Below are positions 26,201 through 38,788 of a DNA stretch of 64,000 nt, piece by piece. A model generated the notes under the pieces. That model was not told where the DNA came from, did not search any database, and saw only the letters and a list, made by a program, of their open reading frames with translations. Each line of letters begins with the position of its first letter. The stretch's first letter is position 1. The translations under genes were made by a program, and so were the position numbers. The DNA lies in contig CM082597.2 in assembly GCA_040954595.2 (NCBI GenBank), forward strand, positions 6,907,849-6,971,848. The letters run 5' to 3'. Origin of the DNA: Balanoglossus misakiensis. Lineage: Eukaryota; Animalia; Hemichordata.

Positions 26201-28267
26201 TGTGCTCAACGATATCTGTTTTACCAAGGTCCTTACTGCCCTTGGAGAACACATCCTGAAATTCTATCAGAAATTTCCTCAAAGAATCACATTGTTGTCG
26301 AGAAAGTCCATTGCAGCTTCTGTGATATAGATCCTCTAAATAGTCTGGCATCCTAGATTGGTTCCTGTCAGCAACAGGATCCTCCACCGGCACAGACCCT
26401 CCATCTGGTGTTTCCACACTGCAGACAGACTCAACAGATCCCAATGTATTGCCTTTCCTCAGTGTTCTCCTTTGCTGAGTTACATTGATCAGCCGCACTG
26501 GAATGCAATCACCACTGGTATCAACCAGAGTCTTCCCAACAACAACACCCTTACAGCTGAAACTCTTCCCAGGTTCTACCAATCCCCAGCCACTGTGCCG
26601 CTTGGGTCCGGTCATTCGGCCTTGTATGATTGCCTCGCTCATAGGTGGAATAGTGACATTCCTATCGACCACCACTCTGCAGCAAGTTGAATGGGCAGTA
26701 ATCCATGTCCCTTCACAGGTGATGTACCACCGAAGGCTGTCTTTATGTAGACCTTGTCTGTAAGTGTGATTGTTGGCGGTAACTTTCTCTGCCGCATAAG
26801 TACATCAGTCTTTATGATAGTCGCGTCAGACCCGGTGTCCAGCACAATCTTACAGGGAACGCCATCAACAAAACCGTGTACTATGGGCGTAAGGTCAGGT
26901 CCAGACACATGGCCTGCGCGAATGATAACATCAGGGGCAATGTCCTTATCAATAATGCCAGCTGAGTTCTGCCCCGCGAACCCAGCTCCTACTCGTTTCC
27001 CGAAACAGTTGTTGGCACCGCTGAATCACGCTTTTCCTTTGGGCAGTCTCTAGCAAAGTGGCCCACCTGGTCACAATTCCAGCACTTCTTGTCCTTCGAG
27101 GGCTGGTTCTTTCTACGCACTGGTCCACTGGGTCTAGCCTCCAGCTTGTCCATTACCTTTTGGAGCATCTGGCTAATGTGTCCAAATAACTGGCCGGTTT
27201 CATCACGATCTGCTGCCACATTGGAATCACTTTTGTCAGGGGTGCAGGTCCTTCGTACGAGGTCATCACTGTGGGTATTGCGTCCCCTAGCCTTACTTGC
27301 AATCAAAAAGGACTGACTCCAATGCCAACTCTAATGCTCTCCTCAGATTTTTCTGTTTGGCTTGTCTCAGGCGTAGCCGCATATCGTCGTCATTCACCGC
27401 ATCAACAAACTGGTCGCACGCCAGGTCATCCTGTAATTCGCTAGACATGGTCGGATATGCCAATCTTACCAATCGCTCAATGTCACCAGCCAATTCAGGT
27501 AGACTTTCCCCCTTGCGTTTCACCCTATTCTTAAAACGGACACGGGAGAGGTCAGTCTGGTGCGCCGTACCATATCTAGCCGACAATGCCTACTTAAAAC
27601 AGTAAGGGCAGGTCCTTTAAGATTAGATGCCAGATACAGTGCTTGCTGGTGTTCATTCCAACCATTCATCTGTGCCACCAGCTCGAACTGCGCTTGTGGT
27701 CGAACCATCGAACGCTGTTGGCCTCTGAAGTGGTTTGCTTGCATTATTAAAGGAGCTGCAAAGTGCTGATTCAGCCTGGCAAATTGGAGTACCCGCCGGC
27801 CTTGGGGCAGAAATGGCCAAAGGGTTTGACTTTGAAATGAACTGGGGACTGCCACTAGAGGGCGGCATCACTACTGGTCTTGGCATGCACTGGGGGCTAC
27901 CACTAGAGGGCGGCATCACCAATGGGGTAGATGTGTGTTGCATGGCACGTCCATATTTCCCCTGGGACTCAGGATCCATTGCAGGCTGAGGCCCTTTAAC
28001 GTCAAATGTTTCCTCCAACCGACACATTCTTTTCTCAACCCTCTCCTGATTAAAGGCGACATCCTGCCTTAGCTTTAATTGTTCATCACTCATTCTCTTC
28101 ATCTGATCTCTCATTTCTTGTACTGTAGCTGTCACTGCAACCATGTTTTTCTCCGTCTTTTCAACTCTTGCATTTGTGGCTTCATGTCGCTGTATTACTT
28201 CGCTCATACCTCTACTCATTTCATGTTGTGATGTTAACGCTTCCCACATCAGCTGGCTGTATGTCAC
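23206..28267 (-). pseudogene. Gypsy gag-pol, broken into about 9 ORF fragments
   Basis: Consecutive - strand ORFs 27653..28267, 27293..27586, 26989..27306, 26639..26908, 25872..26675, 25148..25879, 24853..25155, 23650..24834 and 23206..23589 carry successive gag/PR/RT/RH/IN motifs. Confidence 0.92.
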
Positions 28268-28369
28268 CCTCTGTCAATGTGACCTCTGGAAGCAACAACT
28301 GTGTGGCGTCACTTGTTTCTCCCATACCAGAATCCACAGCGGGTTTGTCAAAACCACCAGCCTGTCCCC

Positions 28370-28831
28370 TGTTATACGAAGAAACTAGAGTAGAACAACC
28401 TAAGGCTACTTTGTTTATGGTACATGTATATTGTTATGTTTATCCGGTTCGCTCAGGATTTTCTATACACAGGGTAAATCAGACAACCTGGGACAGCACT
28501 GGCTTGTGAAATAAACAACGATTTAATGCTCACCACTCAAAACTCTCTACAAACGATTCGGAGGGAGGCAGCGGATGACGGTGTGTTGTCCGATGACTCT
28601 AAAACGGCTGATTGGTTATGTCTTAAGACCTGTTTTTCTCTGGTTCTATTGTTCGATTGCGAACGAGGCAGCCATGTTTGTCCGGTCTCAGCCAGCCTAC
28701 CCATAATTCCAGAGTTTATACATGCAAGTAACTGGGTGCCCCAGCGCCATCTATGGCAAAGCCTGACTAATCTTTCTTTTATATGGTGTTGATAAGCAAT
28801 AGGTGCAATGGTCTGCACGGTCCGCATCACA
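28370..28831 (-). repeat. Gypsy 5' LTR
   Basis: TG..CA termini; about 9 substitutions and 2 indels relative to 22592..23061, counted by eye. Confidence 0.92.
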
Positions 28832-29121
28832 ATATATAGGCCTATATGGCGATATTTTTGGCAAAAAAGTAAGAAACAAAGTCACGCACTTGTACATCAT
28901 GTCAAAGAAATGTTACAAATAAGTAAGATTATAGATATGTGATGAATTAATTAAAAAAAAATGAAACGAACTTTCATTGCTTAAGTTAATTTTTTAAGAA
29001 TAATGGCGACAAATTTCTACATCAATATCATTCTTTGTCTACTTAATTAGCACAATCATACTAGTATATCTGAATATGAAATTAAATGTATACATGATTA
29101 TTGTGTGAATTTATTTGTTAG

Positions 29122-29499
29122 AACACGTAACTCTCCACACTGTTATCGATGGCATCAGTTATACCCAGGGATGTCAACAAGAATCGACCCGCAGTGATCA
29201 AATCGGAAAATTCACTTTTGATAATTGTGATGTGTCACTGGATGAGCGATATGGTACTCTGGTTGAAAATCGCCGAGTAGAGGATAGGCTTGAATTGGTA
29301 ATAGAATGTAAAGAATTGGAACAATTAGAAAACCTATGGAATGATGTGGAAAATGGTGACTTGACCAATGCAATGCAGAGACAAATAATCACCGAAGAAT
29401 TATTAAGAAAGATTTCAGCGAAATCGATAACACTGAACACGTTTATCAAGAAATGGGAGTATAAACGATGTTATATGGATCTGAAATATAATCTATCAG
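29122..29499 (+). CDS. Internal exon encoding a TRADD-N-like domain
   Basis: Acceptor ttatttgttag|aa and donor tcag|gtatgt; 378 bp, phase 1-1. RLELVIECKELEQLENLWNDVENGDLTNAMQRQIITEELLRKISAKSITLNTFIKKWEYKRCYMDL follows the invertebrate TRADD-N-like pattern (L.i.v.C..l..Le.LW..y.sG.L......lit.e.l......v.L...I...ey..C...l). Confidence 0.75.
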
Positions 29500-29728
29500 G
29501 TATGTAAAATGAACAACGATTACCTTATACCGAGAATAAAATATACAGTATTTATAGTTACAACGGAAAGTTATTAGGAGTGAACTACAACATAAGGCCA
29601 TTAAAGATGTCATACACAAGTTCATCTTATATTTCAATTCTTGACGCTACGAACCTTTTAAATTACATATTACAATGTACTCTAACCATGAAACTGCATT
29701 TTCCTTTTGTGATTTTTAACTAAAATAG

Positions 29729-29835
29729 ACACCAGCTCAGAATCGTCTGTGGAAGGCAATAATGCTATCAGCAAAGAGAATCCAAAGGATGACAAATTTG
29801 CTAACCCGATTGTCGATACTTGCAAGAAGAATCCG
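29729..29835 (+). CDS. Short linker exon of the same gene (phase 1 to phase 0)
   Basis: aaaatag|acacc ... aatccg|gtaatt; open frame DTSSESSVEGNNAISKENPKDDKFANPIVDTCKKNP is phase-compatible with the exons on both sides. Confidence 0.6.
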
Positions 29836-29844
29836 GTAATTCTT

Positions 29845-30065
29845 TTTTTTTTTTACTTTTTTTTATTGGGATCGAACAACGGTGAACAAATACGTTATAC
29901 ACAGAAAATTACACATTTCCAATTCCAAATATACGGTCAAGCAGTTACATAAGGTATTAGGGGTGACCATTTGCCAATGTGTGCAGCAATTTTGGCCTTA
30001 GCTCTCGCAATTTTTTTCTTCAATTTTATATACATTTTTAAGAGAGATTTTGCAAGAGGAGTCTG
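29845..30065 (-). mobile_element. Short 3' fragment of an L1/Tx1-type LINE with poly(A)
   Basis: T-run plus tttatt at ~29843..29867; the - strand peptide KKIARAKAKIAAHIGKW resembles the L1 ORF2 C-terminus; flanked by GGTAATTCTT / GGTAATCTT. Confidence 0.6.
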
Positions 30066-30576
30066 GGTAATCTTAAAAAAAAAACAGAGTGTGAAAATAA
30101 GTTGACTCGAAGAAGAGAAAAGAAAGGGGAAACACACAAACCGTCACACAGGACAAACAACGGTCTCCTCATTGCCGAGGCGTACGCGTGATGATATGAC
30201 AAGTGTTTACGTCTGTGAGGTGGTGTGTATGTGTCGGACAGAACGCGAGTCGACTAGAATCCGAGTCGACTGAAGGTTACTGTGGTGGACGCGAATATAT
30301 GGTCGCCATTGTGGGATTCCGGCGTGAAGGAAGTGAAGCCATTTTTTTTTTGCAAATTGCTCTATAAAATTGAGCTGCTGCCGCGCCAAGTGACCCATGC
30401 ATACTGTCTGTGGCAAACCATTTAATGTGGAGGTACGGAACAAGAACATCGATGTTCCTAAATTTACTGAATTTCCTCTTATATTGTTGGTTAGTAGTGC
30501 GCAAGTCCACATGTTTAAAATAAATAACTCTTTCCTTGTTATTCTCTGGTATCCACATTTGATTTATATCACTTAA

Positions 30577-31067
30577 GGTGGCATTGCATGAAAAGTTGTG
30601 ATTTTTGCCAAATTTTACTTGTTACATAAATCGGTACGTCTAATACTGATCCACATTCTGACAAATGCATCTTGGCGGAAATGGTGCATAATCACCCAAA
30701 AATAACACTTTTCTGAATGAGTCCATAGCTTAAGAAATAGGTGTCAACAATGCAAATTGCCTTTTTCTCAGTTTGCATTTTCGCTGCTTTTGACAACTTC
30801 AAAAGAATTTAGCTTCGCTTTGCGTTGGCCGAATTTGCTCAAATTTTAACAGGGGATTGTGTATGACTCATCTAACAATACGAACATCAAAAAATGGGTT
30901 TTTAACCCCAAAACGCCACCATTTCCGGGTGTCAATAAAATGTGCAACCAAAACAAAAGTTCAAAAACTCAGCTTTCAGAATATGTATGGTTTATGGGGG
31001 TTTTAACGTTGTCTTTGATGAGAAATAGGCCTCTGAAAAAGTCTTGACGGTTTCGTGCGATGCCACC
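30577..31067. mobile_element. MITE with TTAA TSD and GG..CC ends (Kolobok-type)
   Basis: TTAA|GGTGGCATTGCATGAAA ... TTTCGTGCGATGCCACC|TTAA. Confidence 0.8.
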
Positions 31068-31356
31068 TTAAAGTAAAGACTGTGTCACAAACATTGAACA
31101 TTTATTGTCTGTAAGTGAGGTTGGTGGTGGTGGTGGTCATGGTTCATCTATGAGATATTTAAAATGAAATTTAATGTGTTTCTTGTCCGAAAAATGTTAA
31201 TAGCAAATGTTGAAATGAGTATTTCCTTTTATTTTAGTTTCCTCGTAACAATTTTATTGCGATTTATAATAACAACTGCATGAGAAGAGTTGACTGGTGT
31301 AACTTGTATGACGTAATGTACCCATCACTGATTGTATATTCTTTTTTTCAATGCAG

Positions 31357-32079
31357 AATGGAAACCGATCACTTTTAAATGTGACAGACAAATGCTACAA
31401 TTGTAAAGACTTTGGACACATTGCTGCGAAGTGCCCGAAAACCGTTGAAAGCGAAAAAGCTGTCGACAAGCTTGTGGAAAGTTATTCTAAGCCTTTCAGA
31501 GAAGCAGAAAAAAATATCGACATGGCTATTGAAGACATTACGCAGTCGACAACGAATCTTGTGACGACAACTGCGGTAGTTCACGCCAATCCAGAGAAAG
31601 TGACGACGGAAAAGAATGATTGCGATGAGCGGAAAAAGAAACCAGTGAAGTCACCAACTTCGGAAGACGTTATCATGTCGCCGGACAGCTATAGGCAGCA
31701 AAGGCGGTTCTTCACAAGACAAAGTTTAAGTTTAAGCACACCCCCACCCTGCGCACGCACTGTAAATCATCATCAACGCCTTCGGATCGGCCAATTACGT
31801 TTTGTCTCTCCGGCAAAGAGACGGTATTGGAAACACCACGCGATTCGCATGTACCACAGCAAGGCAACGACGACTAGAACAGCGATGTGTCAACTCACAT
31901 CAGCGAAAGTGAAGAAGACCGTTTCGTTGACTGCGACACCTCGCGTAAAGGTATGTACGTTCTCTCGCCAGTATCACCGGCCGTACTTCCGAATGGCAAA
32001 GGCACAGATGAAAACAGTAAGAACCGTAAGCGAAAGAGGAAACAAACGCGTGACCTGTCGGTCAAAAGTGCTCTGCTGA
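31357..32079 (+). CDS. Candidate terminal exon reading into a LINE ORF1 remnant (CCHC zinc knuckle)
   Basis: Strong acceptor cttttttcaatgcag|aat in phase 0, matching the 29835 donor; NGNRSLLNVTDK then CYNCKDFGHIAAKC; endonuclease remnants of a + strand LINE follow from ~32320. Confidence 0.45.
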   Translation, partial: NGNRSLLNVTDKCYNCKDFGHIAAKCPKTVESEKAVDKLVESYSKPFREAEKNIDMAIEDITQSTTNLVTTTAVVHANPEKVTTEKNDCDERKKKPVKSPTSEDVIMSPDSYRQQRRFFTRQSLSLSTPPPCARTVNHHQRLRIGQLRFVSPAKRRYWKHHAIRMYHSKATTTRTAMCQLTSAKVKKTVSLTATPRVKVCTFSRQYHRPYFRMAKAQMKTVRTVSERGNKRVTCRSKVLC

Positions 32080-32962
32080 CTTTAACAGTGTAACCTGGGC
32101 AATGATATGAATACCCAAGGTTTTAATTCATAACAATTGTATGGGTGAGCACGTTGCTTTGTTGCAAGTGTACATACATGTACAAAGTATTGAGCATATA
32201 ATTATTGTGATTAGCTGTTTGTGAAAGTGATTATACCACATTTCAGCTCCATCGTACATTTAATTACGGAGAAGAAGATTTTTGACCAAAAATTCTATTT
32301 TTAGATCACTGTCAGAAGGAAAATATTGCATTTTGGGAAAAAGAATGGAGTGGAGAAATCATTTATTCAGAGGGAACCAGTAACAGCAGAGGCGTTGCGA
32401 TTTTAATTTCACGCAACTTCAGCTTTCATACTGATAGTATTTTCAAAGATATTTCTGGCAGAATTGTCATTGTAAACGGCACACATAATGATACTTGCCT
32501 TACTGTTTGCTGTGTATACGCACCAAATGATAGTTTACAGAGAACGTCCTTCTTTTGTCCTTGAAGAGAACTGTATGTATGACAATGTTATTATTGGTGG
32601 TGATTTCAACTGTGCAATCGACAGGAATTTAGATGGAACTTCTCATTCAAAGCATGCTGATAAGTCTGTTCATTCGTTAAATAGGTTTTTGCGTCATTTT
32701 GATTTAACTGACATCTGGAGAGTTCGTCACCCAAATCGTCTGCAATTACTTGGTGGCGTTTACAGCCAAATTCATAGTAGGCTAGATTATTTTTTCGTTT
32801 CTAAAAGTCTTGTAAAGGTCACAAAAAGAGTTGAAATTAGACCAGCAGTTAAAATGGACCATTTGTCAGTTTTCTTAGAAATTGACATTGTCAAAGATGA
32901 CAGAGGTCCTGGTACACGGAAGTTTAACAAGTAATTACTTACCAAACAAAATGTTGTTGATG

Positions 32963-35900
32963 GCATTCAAAATGCCATTAGGTCTTGCAAGGATAAATAC
33001 GCAGATATCAATGCCAAAACGAGATGGGATTTGACCAAAAAAGACATCAAAGAGTTTACAATTAATTATGCACATAATGTTACTAGGAATAACAATCAGC
33101 TCATTCCAGAATTAGAAAAACAGTTAGAACTGGCTGAACAAAACATGTACCCTCAGATGCAAATATCCAATGCTATGGGTCTATTAAACAGCATTTGGAG
33201 GAGTTATATATTCTACAGGCAGAAGGTGCTCAATTACGCTCCAATTTGAAAGCAGCATGGATTGAAAAAGGTAAAAAAAAAACTAAGTATTTTTTGAGTT
33301 TAGAAAAGTCCATTGCAATGAAAAAAGAGATAAGGGCACTTTATACACAAGAGGGTACATGTGTCTGACTCGGAGCAGATTCTGGATGGACAAAAACGTT
33401 TTTATTAGGTCCCATTGGTATGTACCATGGGACCTTATGGGATCGGTTGCGTCTGTATGTATGTATGGGTGGATGTATGGATGTATGTCTGTATGTCCGT
33501 CCACATCAAAAACTTGAAAACAGCAGCGCGTATGACCTCGATATTTGGTGTGTAGATGTAGGCAGGGCTGTAGATGGGAGTTTCTTCATATGAAGGTGTC
33601 ATTGCCAAAAATATGCAAATTAGCTGGGAAAATGTGAAATTGGTCAAAACTCAAACACTCGACAACCACTGGTCATATTGATTTGAAAATTGGTATGCAT
33701 GTACCTTATGTCAACCTCATACAGTCCTGTATGTTTTGAGCTAATATTATCGATTTCCTATTTTTATGCATTTTTTTGTATTTTTCCATGTTATTGGTAA
33801 AAAGTCTTCATTTCTGAAAGTGATGGGCTTACTTCTTTGAAATTTAGTATGAAGCTTCCTAATGGTTGTTTTGAACAGATTCTTTTCATCAGTATTCACA
33901 ACTGAAGACAGCTCAGATTTAGCGGATCCAGTGAACTTTGCAGGTGATGGAGCCAATAAGCTGAGCACTATTAGTATAACACAGGAGACTGTTGAGTCAA
34001 AAATCAAAACTCTCAAAGTAACCAAGGCACCAGGTCCTGATGGTGTAACAACAAGAGTTTTAGTAGAATGCTGTTCTCAACTTGCATATCCATTGACAGT
34101 TTTGTTTAATAGATCACTAAAGGAAACGATTGTTCCTGAGGATTGGAAACAAGCAAATGTGTGCCCGATTTTCAAAAAAGGAAAGAAGAGTACTCCAGGT
34201 AATTACAGACCAGTGAGTTTGACATCGGTGGTTTGCAAACTAATGGAATCATGCCTAAGAGACAGTATAGTGAAGCATCTAGATGAACAGCAATTGATAC
34301 TTCCATCACAACATGGTTTCACTTCTGGCAAGTCCTGTTTAACTAATTTATTGGAGTTCCTAGATGACGTAACTGAGTATCTAGATGAAGGTCATCCAGT
34401 TGATATTATTTATCTGGACTTTGCAAAGGCGTTTGACAAAGTGGCACATAAAAGGCTGATAAGGAAATTACGGGCACATGGTATAGTAGGCCACATACGT
34501 GATTGGATTGCTGAGTGGTTGGCCAATAGGAAACAGCGTGTGGTGATACATGGAAGGAGTTCATCCTGGGAACCAGTATCCAGTGGAGTGCCACAGGGAT
34601 CTGTCCTTGGGCCTGTATTGTTCCTTATCTTTATTAATGACATTGACATCAACATATCTTCCAATATTAAGAAATTCGCAGATGACACGAAAGTGTACAG
34701 GAAAGTTGAAAATGAAGACGACTACCTGGTATTGCAAGAAGATCTTAACAAACTTACTGACTGGTCAGATAATTGGCTTATGCAGTTTAATGTAGCTAAA
34801 TGCAAGGTCTTACATGCTGGTTCAAACAACCCAGGTTATGAATACTGTATGAACGAATCCATGCTTGCAGAAGTAGAAGAGGAAAAGGATGTTGGTGTCA
34901 TCATTGATAGAAGTTTTAAACCAAGTAAACAGTGTTCAGAAGCAGTACTGAAAGCGACCAGGATCATTGGAATGATTAAAAGAAGTTTTACCCTTCGAAC
35001 CAAGGACGTCATAGTACGCCTTTACAAACAATTTGTCAGACCCCATTTGGAATATGCGTCCCAAGCCTGGGCTCCATGGCTCAAAAAAGATATTGCTGCC
35101 CTGGAAAAAGTTCAGCGTCGCGTTACTAAGCTAGTAACAGAGTGCCGTGGAAAAAGTTACCCTGAGAGAATGCATATATTAGGGCTTACAACCCTTGAAA
35201 CCCGCCGTGTAAGAGGTGATATGATAGAGGTTTTTAAAATTTTGAACAACGTAGATCGCTGCTCAGTTACCTTGATGAGAAGTTTGTGCTCAACAACTAG
35301 AGGTCATGACTACAAGCTCCAAAAGCTGCCATCCAGACTAGACATTCGCAAATATTCATTTCCTGTTCGTGTTGTGAACGAGTGGAACGCTTTACCGGAC
35401 TTTGTGATTATGTCAAAGGATACAAACAATTTCAAGAACAATATTGACATTTATTTTCAAGCAACTGATAGGATTTGAGGGACCTTATTATCTTAGATAT
35501 TTGTCCCTTATGAACTGAACTGAACTGAACTGAACTGCATTCAAAATGCCATTAGGTCTTGCAAGGATAAATACGCAGATATCAATGCCAAAACGAGATG
35601 GGATTTGACCAAAAAAGACATCAAAGAGTTTACAATTAATTATGCACATAATGTTACTAGGAATAACAATCAGCTCATTCCAGAATTAGAAAAACAGTTA
35701 GAACTGGCTGAACAAAACATGTACCCTCAGATGCAAATATCCAATGCTATGGGTCTATTAAACAGCATTTGGAGGAGTTATATATTCTACAGGCAGAAGG
35801 TGCTCAATTACGCTCCAATTTGAAAGCAGCATGGATTGAAAAAGGTAAAAAAAAAACTAAGTATTTTTTGAGTTTAGAAAAGTCCATTGCAATGAAAAAA

Positions 35901-36443
35901 GAGATAAGGGCACTTTATACACAAGAGGGTACATGTGTCTGACTCGGAGCAGATTCTGGATGGACAAAAACGTTTTTATTAGGTCCCATTGGTATGTACC
36001 ATGGGACCTTATGGGATCGGTTGCGTCTGTATGTATGTATGGGTGGATGTATGGATGTATGTCTGTATGTCCGTCCACATCAAAAACTTGAAAACAGCAG
36101 CGCGTATGACCTCGATATTTGGTGTGTAGATGTAGGCAGGGCTGTAGATGGGAGTTTCTTCATATGAAGGTGTCATTGCCAAAAATATGCAAATTAGCTG
36201 GGAAAATGTGAAATTGGTCAAAACTCAAACACTCGACAACCACTGGTCATATTGATTTGAAAATTGGTATGCATGTACCTTATGTCAACCTCATACAGTC
36301 CTGTATGTTTTGAGCTAATATTATCGATTTCCTATTTTTATGCATTTTTTTGTATTTTTCCATGTTATTGGTAAAAAGTCTTCATTTCTGAAAGTGATGG
36401 GCTTACTTCTTTGAAATTTAGTATGAAGCTTCCTAATGGTTGT
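32963..36443 (+). repeat. 907-bp perfect direct repeats (32963..33869 and 35537..36443) flanking the CR1 insertion
   Basis: Constant offset of 2574; no differences seen by eye; repeat ends coincide exactly with the CR1 ends. Confidence 0.9.
33870..35536 (+). mobile_element. 5'-truncated CR1-clade LINE with an intact RT ORF and (TGAAC)n tail
   Basis: ORF to 35478 with KAPGPDG, NYRPVSLTS, YLDFAKAFDKV, GVPQGSVLGP, KFADD, VRPHLEYA, TRGH; (TGAAC)5 at 35511..35535. Confidence 0.93.
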
Positions 36444-37095
36444 CTGAGTAACCATAGTTTTGTTCAAATTGTTGCAAAATTTGCATATTTATAATTTTGA
36501 GCAATATTTGCCATTTTTGGTCAAAAGTTTTTTTCTTTGCAATTTGGTAGGCATGTTTGTAGGGGTAACCTAAGTAATATGTTGTAAAAATGTGATATTT
36601 GCATAAATGTGTTATCGGGGAAACTTATGCAATTTTTGTCAAAAATTGTTTCTCTGAAACCGCTTGTCATATTGCATTGAACTTTGGCAGCATGTTCCTT
36701 GTAGTGATTGAAGTAAGATATTGTACAATTTTGGTGATATTTGCATATTTGTGTTTTTGTCACTTTTGAACAAATATTTTCTGTGAAACTGCTTGTTGGA
36801 TTGCTTTGAAATTTGTTTTTCTCTGATTGCTCTGAAATTTAGGATATAATTTCATAACACATACATGTATATGTGCAACTTTTATTCAATTCGATATCAG
36901 AAATATTTCATATTTTGAGAGTTTTTTTGTAAGTTTCTTTGTTTTTGGTTAGCAAATCTTCTCCTAAACCATTTGTCCAGTTGTTACTATTTCCAAGGAG
37001 TTGTTACCCCGAACTAAGAAATGTTTACATAACTTTAATAGGCCAGCTGTTACAGAGACCACCAGCTATTAAATTTTTAATTACCAGTGGCAGGT

Positions 37096-37136
<41 letters not shown>

Positions 37137-38713
37137 TGTCTGTCTGTGTGTCTGTTCCAGGGCTGACTGAAAGAAGTTGCAAGGATAAATACGCAGATAT
37201 CAATGCCAAAACGAGATGGGATTTGACCAAAAAAGACATCAAAGAGTTTACAATTAATTATGCACATAATGTTACTAGGAATAACAATCAGCTCATTCCA
37301 GAATTAGAAAAACAGTTAGAACTGGCTGAACAAAACATGTACCCTCAGATGCAAATATCCAATGCTATGGGTCTATTAAACAGCATTTGGAGGAGTTATA
37401 TATTCTACAGGCAGAAGGTGCTCAATTACGCTCCAATTTGAAAGCAGCATGGATTGAAAAAGGTAAAAAAAAAACTAAGTATTTTTTGAGTTTAGAAAAG
37501 TCCATTGCAATGAAAAAAGAGATAAGGGCACTTTATACACAAGAGGGTACATGTGTCTGACTCGGAGCAGATTCTGGATGGACAAAAACGTTTTTATTAG
37601 GTCCCATTGGTATGTACCATGGGACCTTATGGGATCGGTTGCGTCTGTATGTATGTATGGGTGGATGTATGGATGTATGTCTGTATGTCCGTCCACATCA
37701 AAAACTTGAAAACAGCAGCGCGTATGACCTCGATATTTGGTGTGTAGATGTAGGCAGGGCTGTAGATGGGAGTTTCTTCATATGAAGGTGTCATTGCCAA
37801 AAATATGCAAATTAGCTGGGAAAATGTGAAATTGGTCAAAACTCAAACACTCGACAACCACTGGTCATATTGATTTGAAAATTGGTATGCATGTACCTTA
37901 TGTCAACCTCATACAGTCCTGTATGTTTTGAGCTAATATTATCGATTTCCTATTTTTATGCATTTTTTTGTATTTTTCCATGTTATTGGTAAAAAGTCTT
38001 CATTTCTGAAAGTGATGGGCTTACTTCTTTGAAATTTAGTATGAAGCTTCCTAATGGTTGTCTGAGTAACCATAGTTTTGTTCAAATTGTTGCAAAATTT
38101 GCATATTTATAATTTTGAGCAATATTTGCCATTTTTGGTCAAAAGTTTTTTTCTTTGCAATTTGGTAGGCATGTTTGTAGGGGTAACCTAAGTAATATGT
38201 TGTAAAAATGTGATATTTGCATAAATGTGTTATCGGGGAAATTTATGCAATTTTTGTCAAAAATTGTTTCTCTGAAACCGCTTGTCATATTGCATTGAAC
38301 TTTGGCAGCATGTTCCTTGTAGTGATTGAAGTAAGATATTGTACAATTTTGGTGATATTTGCATATTTGTGTTTTTGTCACTTTTGAACAAATATTTTCT
38401 GTGAAACTGCTTGTTGGATTGCTTTGAAATTTGTTTTTCTCTGATTGCTCTGAAATTTAGGATATAATTTCATAACACATACATGTATATGTGCAACTTT
38501 TATTCAATTCGATATCAGAAATATTTCATATTTTGAGAGTTTTTTTGTAAGTTTCTTTGTTTTTGGTTAGCAAATCTTCTCCTAAACCATTTGTCCAGTT
38601 GTTACTATTTCCAAGGAGTTGTTACCCCGAACTAAGAAATGTTTACATAACTTTAATAGGCCAGCTGTTACAGAGACCACCAGCTATTAAATTTTTAATT
38701 ACCAGTGGCAGGT

Positions 38714-38788
<75 letters not shown>

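Larger units (their letters stand above)
22592..28831 (-). mobile_element. Ty3/Gypsy LTR retrotransposon, complete but frameshifted
   Basis: Two ~465-bp LTRs; order gag (CWNCDQVGHFARDC), PR (LDTGS), RT (YLDD), RNase H, IN (HHCC, DVLGP, SDQG); purine tract GAGGGGCAG before the 3' LTR; imperfect AAATA/ATATA flanks. Confidence 0.95.

Noticed and set aside
27841-27920. Duplicated VMPPSSGSPQ in gag
   Set aside because: Short internal tandem repeat in a disordered gag linker; common.
22592-28831. Many frameshifts despite similar LTRs as a sign of unusual biology
   Set aside because: The indel rate between the two LTRs extrapolates to about the number of internal frameshifts; ordinary decay. No clear primer-binding site was found, so none is claimed.
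36939-37441. ORFs with CVCVCV / THTHTH runs
   Set aside because: Translations of the (TG)n microsatellite.
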